This document shows positions 46,115 through 55,798 of a DNA stretch of 64,000 nt, in pieces. The position numbers and the translations under genes were made by a program. Numbering within the stretch: position 1 is the stretch's first letter; every line of letters starts with the position of its first letter. Source of the DNA: a virus (Duplodnaviria; Caudoviricetes). The stretch lies in IMG/VR virus record IMGVR_UViG_3300031993_000006, positions 160,001 to 224,000 of that record; one strand, given 5' to 3'. Below the pieces are notes generated by a model, which was not told the origin of the DNA, did not search any database, and was given only the letters and a program-made list of their open reading frames with translations.

Positions 46115-48075
46115 TTAATTCCGCCAAAGTTGATGCCGCTAGGGCTGCAATGCGCCGGTCAGCAATGATTATGTCCCGGGTAGTCCCTGGGATGCTCCCG
46201 GTGTATCTGTCGACTAGGCTCATACCGACAGAGGACCCGGAGGTACTGCTGCGCGTTGGCGTGGAGTGCGGGGTGGCCGTGATGGAGTTTAATGTGGATG
46301 TCGCCTTGAGGCTCGAAAAGTCGCTACTCGGGTCGCTCATCTATATGGGGTGCCTGAAGATAGGGTTGCATCACTGTGACCAGCGAAAGCAGGAACCGAT
46401 TGAGCTGCTCAAGCTTGCCAGTGATATCGTCGTAGCCGAATATGCCAAGAAGGTCGTCGATATATCTGTGGGGAGAAACTTGGAGATTCTGAACCAGCTG
46501 TTCCCCTCGTATATGAACTACTGGCAAGTTCTTAAGAAGCACGATTTCCACCCGGAAGTCGACCTCACCCTTGAAAAGCTGTTCAAGATTTTCAAGGAAG
46601 AGTATGCTGAAATGAAGAAGCAGATGCCTCAGGAAAGCGAGGACGAGAAAAAGGAAGAAAATCCTCAGACTAATCAGGACGATTCTACCGAGGGCAAGAA
46701 GTCTAGCGATTCCAAGCAGGGAGAGGATGGAAAGGGAAAGGGAAAGCCGTCCGATAATCAGAAGGCTGATGGGAATGAACAGCAGGGCGGTCAAGGTGGC
46801 AAGGGCGATTCCAAGGAAGGTTCTCCTGAAAGTAAGGGTCAGGAAGGCCAGGACGGAAAGGGCGAAAGCGACAGCAAGGAAGGCGAGTCCGGTAAGGATG
46901 GAAAGGACGGAAAGGGTGAGTCCGGCGGTAAAGGTGAATCGGAAGGTAGTAAGGATGGTAAAGGTGATTCCGATGCCGATGGTTCCCCGGATGGCTCCAG
47001 TGATGAATCCGGGGATGAATCCGGCGAGCCGTCTAATGATGACTCGGTGGGGAAGCCTGACAGCAAGGGCGGAAACGGCCAGCCTAGCGGGAATAATCCC
47101 CAAGACCAGCAGCCGCAGCAGAATGACACTCCGCAGGACAACGGACCGCAGGATTCCGGGATGGGTGGCGACGGTTCTAGCGGCGAGGGTGCCGATGGCG
47201 GTTCTCAGGCTGGAAACAAATCTGGCGACGGTGCTAGTGGTGACGGCGAGGGAACTGACGGTGACAAGACTGATGGCGAGGGTGGTACCGAAAGCGAAAG
47301 CGGCGCCCCGGATTCTTCCAAGCAGGGTTCCGGTAGTGGCTCCCCGTCTGCCCCGAAGGATGACTTCTCTAGTATGTCCAGATTCTTCTCATTGACCAAC
47401 GCGGCCAATGACTTGGCTAAGTGGGACCAGGATGAACTTGCGCAGGATGCGACCAATGCCAAGGTAAGGGAAAGTTTGGATAAGGGCCTGTTTAATAAGT
47501 CCCGCAGTAACCTACCGATTATGCTGCGTAATGCAGCCCGTGTCAAGGTGGATACCACGGCGATGTTTAAGCATTTTATGCGCAACCTCCAAGATGACGA
47601 GCCGATTGCCACTTGGAGTCGCAGGAACAGAAAGTACTTGAAGTATGGGATGATTGCCCCGGGCTACATCTATGACGAGATACCGAAGATACTGTGCTGT
47701 ATCGACGTGTCCGGCTCGATGTATCAGGGTAATGTCCTTGCAAACTGCCTTACGGTGATGGAGAATGCTCTTGACGGGGTGTCTATCGACTTGGTATATT
47801 GGGATGCTGTCTGCAGTCCGATATTCAGTACGCTGAAGACGATATCGGAGATGGCTATTTACGGTGGCGGTCGGACGGACCCCGACTGCGTTCTGCAGAA
47901 GCTTGGGCCAGAGCGTTTCAAGTATGACGGGCTGGTATTCATCACCGACTGCGTGTTTGAGTGGCCGGAACCGCCTAAGTCCAAGCAGATAATGATATTG
48001 CGCTCTAACGGGAATGCTCCGTTCCCGGACTGGTGCCGCTACACTGAAGACCTCGACACATTTATAGGTAATTGA
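46111..48075 (+). CDS. VWA-domain protein (DUF2201-like) with a long G/D/S/E/K low-complexity linker
   Basis: MIDAS motif CIDVSGSM, GGGRTD, FITD; WSRRNRK..PG. Confidence 0.8.
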   Translation: MINSAKVDAARAAMRRSAMIMSRVVPGMLPVYLSTRLIPTEDPEVLLRVGVECGVAVMEFNVDVALRLEKSLLGSLIYMGCLKIGLHHCDQRKQEPIELLKLASDIVVAEYAKKVVDISVGRNLEILNQLFPSYMNYWQVLKKHDFHPEVDLTLEKLFKIFKEEYAEMKKQMPQESEDEKKEENPQTNQDDSTEGKKSSDSKQGEDGKGKGKPSDNQKADGNEQQGGQGGKGDSKEGSPESKGQEGQDGKGESDSKEGESGKDGKDGKGESGGKGESEGSKDGKGDSDADGSPDGSSDESGDESGEPSNDDSVGKPDSKGGNGQPSGNNPQDQQPQQNDTPQDNGPQDSGMGGDGSSGEGADGGSQAGNKSGDGASGDGEGTDGDKTDGEGGTESESGAPDSSKQGSGSGSPSAPKDDFSSMSRFFSLTNAANDLAKWDQDELAQDATNAKVRESLDKGLFNKSRSNLPIMLRNAARVKVDTTAMFKHFMRNLQDDEPIATWSRRNRKYLKYGMIAPGYIYDEIPKILCCIDVSGSMYQGNVLANCLTVMENALDGVSIDLVYWDAVCSPIFSTLKTISEMAIYGGGRTDPDCVLQKLGPERFKYDGLVFITDCVFEWPEPPKSKQIMILRSNGNAPFPDWCRYTEDLDTFIGN

Positions 48076-48076
48076 G

Positions 48077-49306
48077 ATGCGAGAGATGGTTATTAAGGAG
48101 GCTTTGCAGTTCGATATGCTCAAGAGGGGCATTGAACTGGCAAAGAAGATTGAGTCATACGGATATAGCGCCATGCTTGTCGGCGGGTGTGTAAGGGACC
48201 TTGTGCGCTGGACGATGAACCGGTGCGGCGAGCCGTCCTTTCATGATGTCGATATAGCGACCAACATGCCTATGGATGAACTCTATAAGCACTTTACCTG
48301 TGCGAGCAACAATGGGGAAGCCCACGGGACCATCCTTGTCCAGCACGACAGGGTGTATTTCGAGGTAACCCAGTACCGTAGCGACGGCGCATATGAGGAC
48401 GGTAGGCACCCTTCCGAAGTTAAGTGGGCGGAAACTTTCGAGGAGGATTCCCGTCGTAGGGATTTCACTATGAACGCCCTTGGGCTTGATACCGGGTGTA
48501 AGGTAATCGACTACCATATGGGCATCGACTCGATATATGTCCGTACAGTAGCGACGGTAGGTGATGCCGCTGACCGGTTCGGTGAGGATGCGTTGCGCAT
48601 ACTTAGGGCTTGCCGATTTGCCGCCCGCTTTGATTATCGGATGGAACCGCATATGAAGCAGGTCGCTAATGATATGGCAGACCGCCTGGAAAAGATTTCG
48701 ATGGAGCGTATCCACGACGAGTTCTGTAAGTGTGCCGAGTACGGGGTGCGTCCATTCTGCCGCATGCTGGATTTACTCGATGGGCCTATCGGAAAGTCCA
48801 TTTGTTCGGACATCGACTGGTGCATGGCATTTACCCGGTTCAACCGTCTGCAGTACAGTCATTGGGAGGTTGGGTATTTGTTCCCGTTGCTGCTGGAGAA
48901 TATTGCTCAGTTCCGCAAGTTTAAGTGCAGTACCGAGGATATGGCCGCGTTCCGGTTTATCCAGAAGTACTACCCGAAGTATATCGCGGGTACCCTTGAT
49001 TTCGTCGATATGGTCGAGGGGATGAAGAGTCCATATTGGGAAGTGTTCCGCGCATACATTAAGTCACGGTTGGACGGAGTAGCTATCTCGCGCAAGCACG
49101 AAGAAAAGGTGAAGGCTATCGGTGCGCTGCACCCCGATGAGGGTGATATCTCACAGCTGATGCTGGATAACGGTTGGAATCCGGGTCCTGCGTTCGGCGT
49201 GGTACGCCGGGCGGTAAGGCTTGCCGTATTGACTGAAATGTACGAGGGGCGGACGCCGGACAATGAGTGGATATTGGATAAACTGAGTACGTTTACGAAG
49301 GTATAG
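48077..49306 (+). CDS. cca: Class II tRNA nucleotidyltransferase (CCA-adding enzyme)
   Basis: LVGGCVRD, DVDIAT, RRDFTMNAL, FGEDALRILRACRFAARF, SMERI. Confidence 0.88.
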   Translation: MREMVIKEALQFDMLKRGIELAKKIESYGYSAMLVGGCVRDLVRWTMNRCGEPSFHDVDIATNMPMDELYKHFTCASNNGEAHGTILVQHDRVYFEVTQYRSDGAYEDGRHPSEVKWAETFEEDSRRRDFTMNALGLDTGCKVIDYHMGIDSIYVRTVATVGDAADRFGEDALRILRACRFAARFDYRMEPHMKQVANDMADRLEKISMERIHDEFCKCAEYGVRPFCRMLDLLDGPIGKSICSDIDWCMAFTRFNRLQYSHWEVGYLFPLLLENIAQFRKFKCSTEDMAAFRFIQKYYPKYIAGTLDFVDMVEGMKSPYWEVFRAYIKSRLDGVAISRKHEEKVKAIGALHPDEGDISQLMLDNGWNPGPAFGVVRRAVRLAVLTEMYEGRTPDNEWILDKLSTFTKV

Positions 49307-49310
49307 CTCT

Positions 49311-49601
49311 ATGTTGATGTTCATTCTCGGAATCATCTGTTTTGTCCTCAGTATTGCCGGCGCTCTGGCATTTGCGTTCAACCTATTGCCGCAGTTCATT
49401 GATGCCTGCAAGACGAAGAAGACCGGACTTACCGATGGGTATTTTGTGTTGGCGTTCATTGGGAACATCGGGTCTGCTGCGGGGGTATTCTGGAATAACC
49501 TGCAGACCGGGGTGTGGCAGTGGCCGCTCTACGGGAACTACCTGGTGGCGTTCTCGTTCACCCTTGCGCTGTTCATTATGCGTATCAAGTACAAAAAGTG
49601 A
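49311..49601 (+). CDS. PQ-loop/SemiSWEET-like membrane protein
   Basis: Three TM segments; LLPQ..KTKKT.GL. Confidence 0.75.
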   Translation: MLMFILGIICFVLSIAGALAFAFNLLPQFIDACKTKKTGLTDGYFVLAFIGNIGSAAGVFWNNLQTGVWQWPLYGNYLVAFSFTLALFIMRIKYKK

Positions 49602-49679
49602 GAAAAAATTAACCCGGCCGTCGGCGCCGGGTTTTTCATTTGCTATATTTCTAATAGAACCTATGGAGAATTATAGCCG

Positions 49680-50957
49680 ATGAGTGAAGAGTATTTAGGC
49701 GGTATTGCCGGCCGGGACGGCATATCGTTCGCTCAGTTTTATGATTTGATGGAAGTTTGTGGTCCGGGTACCGCCGTCCTTATGGAGGGCGAGACGGGTA
49801 TCGGTAAGTCTACTGTTGCTGCCCATTTTGCTCGGGATATCGTCAAGCTTCCTTTATGTACGATTCAGGTGTCCGAAAGTACGGATATGACCGATGTGTT
49901 CGGTTTGCCTGACATCGATGGTGACCATACCATCTACAAACCGCCTTCATGGTATATACCGGGTCAGAAGTGTGTCCTGTTTATGGATGAAGTCAACCGT
50001 AACAAGGTTGTTATGAAGGGCCTTATGCGCCTTGCTACTGACGGGCGTATCGGTGACATTCAGCTGCCTGAAGGTAGCTATATCCTTGCAGCTATCAACC
50101 CCGAATATGGCAATATGTATCAGGTCGTCGAGATGGACCCGGCACATCGCGCCCGTTTCCAGGTTGCGTTGCTCAAGCCGACCGTCGACGAGTGGATTAG
50201 CCATGCCACGGAAGAGGGTGTTCCTGATATTATTACCCGATACGTAAAAAACCATCCGGATGACTTGGATACTTATGCCGATACGCGTAATGTTGCGCAG
50301 GCCAAGGGTAAGTACTATCATCATGTCCTCCCGTGCCGCCGCCAGTGGAGCGAGTTTGCTAAGGAGATGGTTCGTGGCGAGAATTTCCGCAATACTGGCA
50401 AGTCTAGGTTTGACCCTATGCTGTATGATGATGCGGAGAATTTCCTTTATGCGGTTGCCGCTGGCCGTCTTGGTGTAGGCGTCGCCACAAAATTTGTCAA
50501 GTATTATTACATCATGAAGGGCTGCCAGACTGAAATAACAGCGGAGAAGCTGTTGTTTGGAACGGATAAGGAATGGAAGAGTGATGGCCCACTCGTAAAG
50601 ACTTTGCAGACATTGGCTGAGAAGGATATGAATTCCCTCACTGTGCTTGGCGAAGAATTATTCGGGTTGATAAAGGACAACGAGCCGGATATGTGGAATG
50701 CAAAGCATAATGGCCATAGCGACCGGGCTGTCAAGTTTGCGGTAAATACATATAAGTTTTTAAAGCTTGTTCCGCCCGAAGTACTGAGTAGCCTTTACTA
50801 TACTTGTATACGGCCGGCATCTGATTATGTCGACGAGGCGAAGGAAAAGGCAGCTAAATATGGCGTGGTAGACGACGCCCCGAGATGGCCGAGGTTGTTG
50901 TGCCGGGCATTGCCTAAGCTCAATACTTTGCTGGACGAAGTAATCTTGCACGACTAG
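49680..50957 (+). CDS. MoxR-like AAA+ ATPase
   Basis: GETGIGKST, DVFGLP, LFMDEVNR, AAINP, MDPAHRARF. Confidence 0.88.
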   Translation: MSEEYLGGIAGRDGISFAQFYDLMEVCGPGTAVLMEGETGIGKSTVAAHFARDIVKLPLCTIQVSESTDMTDVFGLPDIDGDHTIYKPPSWYIPGQKCVLFMDEVNRNKVVMKGLMRLATDGRIGDIQLPEGSYILAAINPEYGNMYQVVEMDPAHRARFQVALLKPTVDEWISHATEEGVPDIITRYVKNHPDDLDTYADTRNVAQAKGKYYHHVLPCRRQWSEFAKEMVRGENFRNTGKSRFDPMLYDDAENFLYAVAAGRLGVGVATKFVKYYYIMKGCQTEITAEKLLFGTDKEWKSDGPLVKTLQTLAEKDMNSLTVLGEELFGLIKDNEPDMWNAKHNGHSDRAVKFAVNTYKFLKLVPPEVLSSLYYTCIRPASDYVDEAKEKAAKYGVVDDAPRWPRLLCRALPKLNTLLDEVILHD

Positions 50958-50970
50958 TAAGGAGAGTGAT

Positions 50971-51546
50971 ATGGGAACCGATGAAGAGCAGAATCAGGAA
51001 CTTGTTTGTACTCCGGACAATAAATCCGGAATTACCCGTGTCGAGAGTCTTGATGAGGAAGATTACATTACCCCGTTGACCTCGGACGAGATTTCGTCCT
51101 TTATGGCCGAAATGCGGAAGAAGTACAGCGCTCTAGTAGTTGACCGTATAGAAGAAACGGGCGAGCACGACGAGGAAACCGGTGGCCGCAATATCGTGGT
51201 TATCGACGGTATGGAAGATGCTATGATTGGCACGGTAAACATCCCGCTTGACAAATCAAAGCTTGCCAAGGATAAGCAGGGAAAGTACTACGGGAAATCC
51301 GAGTCCGAAATACCGGGTAGCATATGCGTGGCAGTGTACGAGGAAGAACTTTGTGTCGAGGCTCTAGCTCGGAAGTATATAAAGAGCGGCGATTATGAGA
51401 CCGAAGAGAAAGCCTACGAGGCCGCACGGGAAAATTTCGGATATAATACGGTGGGTTACTACCCGAATTGGAAACAGCGCGCCCCGCTGATGATTCGCGG
51501 GTTCAATGTGGACCGAGACAAGTGGGAGGCTTTCCTAGATGCCTAA
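50971..51546 (+). CDS. Hypothetical phage protein
   Basis: AAGGAG RBS; acidic. Confidence 0.7.
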   Translation: MGTDEEQNQELVCTPDNKSGITRVESLDEEDYITPLTSDEISSFMAEMRKKYSALVVDRIEETGEHDEETGGRNIVVIDGMEDAMIGTVNIPLDKSKLAKDKQGKYYGKSESEIPGSICVAVYEEELCVEALARKYIKSGDYETEEKAYEAARENFGYNTVGYYPNWKQRAPLMIRGFNVDRDKWEAFLDA

Positions 51547-52225
51547 TGCAATAAGTTACGAGCGTGTGTTGCAGATTGCCCGTTCATTGGGCTTTAGTCT
51601 GTCTAAGAATGCTGTCGGGCCGGCATTGGTATACCGTTCCAGTCTCGGCATCGTCAGGGAATTTACTGTTCCTTGGCTCCAGCAGGGGAAGTTCTACCCT
51701 GATGACCAGGTTCGAAGCCAGTTAGAGGGGATGCACAAGTCAGCGAAGGCCGAGGACGATATCGTCATTTTCCTGAAGAATCAGTCGAATGTCGATGCAA
51801 TCAATGAAGCCTGCGTTGAGTTCGGAATGGTGTACGACCAGGAAGACCGGCGGTTCTACTATGTAGTCAACCATGTGGCTCTGTTCGGCCTAGACCACGA
51901 CTATATTGCCAGCCTGTTGCTTACCAAGTCTGCGTCCGTGATGGACCTGATGTGCGCCGACTCTAAAGATGGGAAGTTGCCGGCTATGAATATGGGTAAC
52001 TCCAAGGAAGTCATCAAGACCGCCGTGAAGTCTATCCTCGCCGCCCACAAGATGGACGCCGAGGAGAGCCGGAAGAATACCCGTGCTGCTTCCGGGGAGG
52101 ACCTGGTGGGCAAGCCGATTAAGGGGACGCTTAAGAAGAAACCTGAACCGACCAAGGTGGCCACTCCGGCCAAGAAGAGGACCAATGCTAAGTCTGCTAA
52201 CAAAAACAAAAAGAAAAAGAAGTGA
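51539..52225 (+). CDS. Hypothetical protein with Lys-rich tail
   Basis: GGAGG RBS; operon-packed. Confidence 0.7.
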   Translation: MPNAISYERVLQIARSLGFSLSKNAVGPALVYRSSLGIVREFTVPWLQQGKFYPDDQVRSQLEGMHKSAKAEDDIVIFLKNQSNVDAINEACVEFGMVYDQEDRRFYYVVNHVALFGLDHDYIASLLLTKSASVMDLMCADSKDGKLPAMNMGNSKEVIKTAVKSILAAHKMDAEESRKNTRAASGEDLVGKPIKGTLKKKPEPTKVATPAKKRTNAKSANKNKKKKK

Positions 52226-52676
52226 GCTTCCATCGCTTACCATCGCGGTTGATTTTGACGGGACGCTCGCGCACGGCGCTTGGCCGTTCATCAACGAGCG
52301 GTCTAAGTGGAATGACATACTGGCCAAGTGGCTGGTCCGTCAGCGGGACACGAAGGGGGATACCCTTCTTCTATGGACATGCCGCGAGAACTACGGCGGG
52401 GTGAACTATCCGGACGGCGAGTACCTCGATATGGCGGTATCCTACTGTGGTGAGCACAAGCTGTTCTTCAGTGGAATCAATGTGTCCAAGGGGGAAACGG
52501 TAGGGGAGTACCAGCTGGGTTCCAGGCGCTTCGGGCGGAAGATAATGGCCGATGTCTATATCGACGATAAGTCGCTCCCGTTTAGCCCCAACGGGTTCCT
52601 GTCGGGTCTAAAGTGGCGAATATACCTATGGATGCTAGGCAGACGGATGCGAAAGATGCGTATCGCCAAGCAGTAA
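52185..52676 (+). CDS. HAD-superfamily phosphatase (start uncertain)
   Basis: IAVDFDGTL, LWTCR, KIMADVYIDDK. Confidence 0.8.
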   Translation: MLSLLTKTKRKRSELPSLTIAVDFDGTLAHGAWPFINERSKWNDILAKWLVRQRDTKGDTLLLWTCRENYGGVNYPDGEYLDMAVSYCGEHKLFFSGINVSKGETVGEYQLGSRRFGRKIMADVYIDDKSLPFSPNGFLSGLKWRIYLWMLGRRMRKMRIAKQ

Positions 52677-52685
52677 TGAACTATG

Positions 52686-52709
52686 ACCGCTCCACGAGGG
52701 GCGGTTTTT
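52686..52709 (+). terminator. Intrinsic terminator overlapping the next promoter
   Basis: ACCGCTCC-ACGA-GGGGCGGT-TTTT running into TGCTATATTTG. Confidence 0.75.
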
Positions 52710-52752
52710 GCTATATTTGGTATTAGGCGAATACAAGTAAAATTAAAGAACG

Positions 52753-53106
52753 ATGTCACACAAAGATAGACATAATTCCGAATCCAATCAGGATAACAAG
52801 GAATTACGCAAAGAAATCGAAAGGCTCCGCAAGGTTATCGACAATATGCGGAGTCGTTCGGGTGTATATGAATTAAAGTATACTATTGAAGACGGCGAGG
52901 TCGTCAAGACATTCCGCACTACCTACTGGAAGCGCAAGGATGCGATGAACGACCTTGGCGTATATGGACGAAAGTTCGACAAGAACTCAAAGAATCATAC
53001 AACCGCACAGCCTAACAACGTGTCGCCCAAGAAGACCGTGTTGAAGTTCACTCGGGAAGACGGGTCTACATTTGATGGGTATGTCTTACGAATAAAACCA
53101 ATATGA
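52753..53106 (+). CDS. Hypothetical protein
   Basis: Follows the promoter at 52709. Confidence 0.65.
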   Translation: MSHKDRHNSESNQDNKELRKEIERLRKVIDNMRSRSGVYELKYTIEDGEVVKTFRTTYWKRKDAMNDLGVYGRKFDKNSKNHTTAQPNNVSPKKTVLKFTREDGSTFDGYVLRIKPI

Positions 53107-53116
53107 GGATAACATT

Positions 53117-53659
53117 ATGCCAGTACCTCTTTCTCGAATTATGAAACTAGGAACTCCGAAAATGGACTTGGCCCCCGGCGCCTATCCGGCTCACATTGTA
53201 GCAGTGGTGTATCCGAAGGAACCCAACGGTACTTGCCGTCGTACTTTCGGTGAATTTCTCCTCCAGGTACACAAGGGGGATGGGGTGTGCTATGTTCCTA
53301 CAAAACTGTTTGACATTTCGATTAATGAGCAGAGCCCGATGTTCCACTTGCTGAGTGGTCTTACGGGTACTCACAACAGTACTGAGCTGTTCAAGTGGCT
53401 CCAGAAAAAGAACATGCTTGGTGAAGATGAATTTGACGAAACCAACTTCCTTGGCTCGCCGGTACTGGCCCAGGTTGACCGTCTTACAAGGAATAGCGAC
53501 AAGTACCCAGGAACATACAATGTCGTTACCGGGTTCGCTCCGCTTCCAAGCCATCTAGAACCTAACTTGGTGACCGACAGGTTAATCCCGTACAGCTTTG
53601 CCAAATTTGACAAGTTTGTAATTGAAAAATTACCCGAACTTGATATCGATAACGGGTAG
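53117..53659 (+). CDS. Hypothetical protein (possible OB-fold/SSB-like)
   Basis: GAGG RBS; LAPGAYPAHI..FLGSPV..YNVV pattern is only weakly suggestive. Confidence 0.55.
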   Translation: MPVPLSRIMKLGTPKMDLAPGAYPAHIVAVVYPKEPNGTCRRTFGEFLLQVHKGDGVCYVPTKLFDISINEQSPMFHLLSGLTGTHNSTELFKWLQKKNMLGEDEFDETNFLGSPVLAQVDRLTRNSDKYPGTYNVVTGFAPLPSHLEPNLVTDRLIPYSFAKFDKFVIEKLPELDIDNG

Positions 53660-53662
53660 TGG

Positions 53663-53968
53663 ATGGCTAACGATGGACCTGAAATGGTGATTGCCGATGC
53701 CATGATGCAGATGTGCGACGGCATCCACCATACAACAAAGATGATGTCCTTGGGAAAGGACAATAAGATTGCCTATCTCGAACTCGACCAGTTGAAGGAC
53801 GATATGGGCAAGAAGCTTACTCGAATGAGCCGAAAGGATTTCCTCGACCGCATAGAGGCTGCCGGGGCGACCGACGGGGATATGGAGAGGGTATACGGCG
53901 AATATAACTCGTATGCGATTGCACCCGAGACTGGTGAACTTTTTGCATGGTACAACAATGACAGATAA
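53663..53968 (+). CDS. Hypothetical protein
   Basis: Operon-packed ORF. Confidence 0.65.
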   Translation: MANDGPEMVIADAMMQMCDGIHHTTKMMSLGKDNKIAYLELDQLKDDMGKKLTRMSRKDFLDRIEAAGATDGDMERVYGEYNSYAIAPETGELFAWYNNDR

Positions 53969-54560
53969 TCAAAGAAATCGTCCGCGTGACAGCGGAAAGA
54001 CTACTGAACTTAGTGATGACCTTTTGAAGCGCGCTAAGGAGATGTGGGGCGAAGTGTCCAACAACTGTGTCGTCGAGCAGATTGAGGGCGACGCGTGGAA
54101 CTACCGTCTGAAGTGGCGCGATATGGAAGTTGCTCTCCTCACGCAGATGGAGAACGATGTCGCCGTCACATTTAAGGTCGATATCAATCCGGCCACATTG
54201 CGACTGAACGACGCTATCATCCAGCTTTCCGAAGACCGCGGCAAGGAAAAATTTGGGAAGTTCTGTGGCGAGGTTTCCTTTAGTGAAAGTACGTTACGGC
54301 TCTGGCCTTCGGTCAAGCGCGACGAGGGCGGAAATTACATTTGTGGTGATGGCAAGGGCGAGTATGCCCGAGTGCTGTGTACTATGAGCGAAATCAAGTA
54401 CACCATCATTACCCAGTATACGCCCGGCACGAAGGATGGAAGATGGCAATATGTCGATTCAAGAAGGTTCAGCGAGTACACCCACACGATTCTGAACCTG
54501 TTCAAGAAGAACGAGGACAACAGGGAGAAGCGAAGCCTGGATGCCTTGATGGAACTATAG
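53958..54560 (+). CDS. Hypothetical protein, probably continuing past a frameshift near 54548
   Basis: Start MTDNQ; the -1 frame continues as a coiled coil DGTIDWAERQISETEKELEE. Confidence 0.6.
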   Translation: MTDNQRNRPRDSGKTTELSDDLLKRAKEMWGEVSNNCVVEQIEGDAWNYRLKWRDMEVALLTQMENDVAVTFKVDINPATLRLNDAIIQLSEDRGKEKFGKFCGEVSFSESTLRLWPSVKRDEGGNYICGDGKGEYARVLCTMSEIKYTIITQYTPGTKDGRWQYVDSRRFSEYTHTILNLFKKNEDNREKRSLDALMEL

Positions 54561-54773
54561 ACTGGGCCGAAAGGCAGATATCCGAAACCGAGAAGGAACT
54601 GGAGGAACGCTCCACTCCTTTGCGACTGAGGGATAAGCGGGTGGCATCTGATGATGGATACCCGGATTATCTCACTGTGGCCGAAGAGCTTACCCGCTCG
54701 GTAAGGGTAGCTGCATCGAAGGAGAAACTTAACTTACTCAAGTCGTTCAAGAATGACATGAAGGAAATATCAG

Positions 54774-55052
54774 ATGGCAACAGTAGATGTGGAAACCTAT
54801 GTAAAACAGATAAAAGGCCGACCGTTCATCAGTGTCGCGACCGAACTCGTACGAGACGGCTTTTCCGAACGGAAGAATGTCCGCCTGCATGGGACGACGA
54901 TGAGGAATAGGGCCAGGTATACCCGAGGGACGTATGGTGCGTCGACTAATATCGACATCGAATACGACTGGGTTGACAAGATGAAGACCGGGGTTTGCAC
55001 TCCGGGTAAAGTCCTGAAGGCGACAATCGTAAGGGAGAAGAATAAAGGATGA
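54774..55052 (+). CDS. Hypothetical protein
   Basis: AAGGA RBS; coupled to the next gene. Confidence 0.6.
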   Translation: MATVDVETYVKQIKGRPFISVATELVRDGFSERKNVRLHGTTMRNRARYTRGTYGASTNIDIEYDWVDKMKTGVCTPGKVLKATIVREKNKG

Positions 55053-55369
55053 CAATCACAGAAGCATTCAATGAACTCTTCGCGGCATGCGAAGATAATA
55101 AGGCAAAGGCCAATGTGGCTAACTTGTTCGGGTCTGTAGGGGTGCATTACCCGGAATCCGAGGATGGTCCAGACTTTACATTTGTCCAGTCTGAGTTCAA
55201 GGTACTCGTCGGTATGGCCTTGGTGAACAACAAGACCGTCAAGGTTAGCGAGGAGGCGGCAACCGCGTTCAAGACCGGTTACCACCTGATGCTCTCCGGG
55301 AAACCCGCGGAAGGCATCAGTGATGCCGCTATGGACAAGGACATTGACGACAACCTGGATATGCTCTAG
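55049..55369 (+). CDS. Hypothetical protein
   Basis: ATGA coupling. Confidence 0.65.
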   Translation: MTITEAFNELFAACEDNKAKANVANLFGSVGVHYPESEDGPDFTFVQSEFKVLVGMALVNNKTVKVSEEAATAFKTGYHLMLSGKPAEGISDAAMDKDIDDNLDML

Positions 55370-55427
55370 ACCGTCAGGTAATCAGAAAATTGCTATATTT
55401 GTAATACAACCAAAAAGAGGTACAATA

Positions 55428-55718
55428 ATGACTAATACTCAAATTAAAATCGTTGCAGTAAGCGCAGTGAGCGTTGCTGCTGTCACCGGTATCGTGTTCG
55501 GCATCCGCAAGGTAGCCAAGAAGATTGGCGAAACGCTCAGTGAATTGGCTAGCAGCGCCGAAATCAACGCTGAACCGAATGAACAGAACAACGAAGTGCT
55601 CGCTGAAGCATCCGCTGAAAATGTTTGCGGTTGCCACTGTGAAACACCGTCTGACGCTATGAGACCCCGCGACGCAGTTGAAACCTGCGGTGATTCCGCC
55701 GAAGGCTGCTCCGCATAA
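55428..55718 (+). CDS. Small protein with N-terminal TM helix
   Basis: Promoter at 55391; GAGG RBS; IVAVSAVSVAAVTGIVFGI. Confidence 0.7.
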   Translation: MTNTQIKIVAVSAVSVAAVTGIVFGIRKVAKKIGETLSELASSAEINAEPNEQNNEVLAEASAENVCGCHCETPSDAMRPRDAVETCGDSAEGCSA

Positions 55719-55798
55719 TAGAGCTTCTATTGGGACAGAATATAAGGGGAGGGCGGAAGCTCTCCCCCTATAAACTTTTTACACTTACGGAGGATTTC

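Noticed and set aside
46620-47360. DNA tandem repeat array in the VWA gene
   Set aside because: Low-complexity protein coding only; no regular nucleotide unit.
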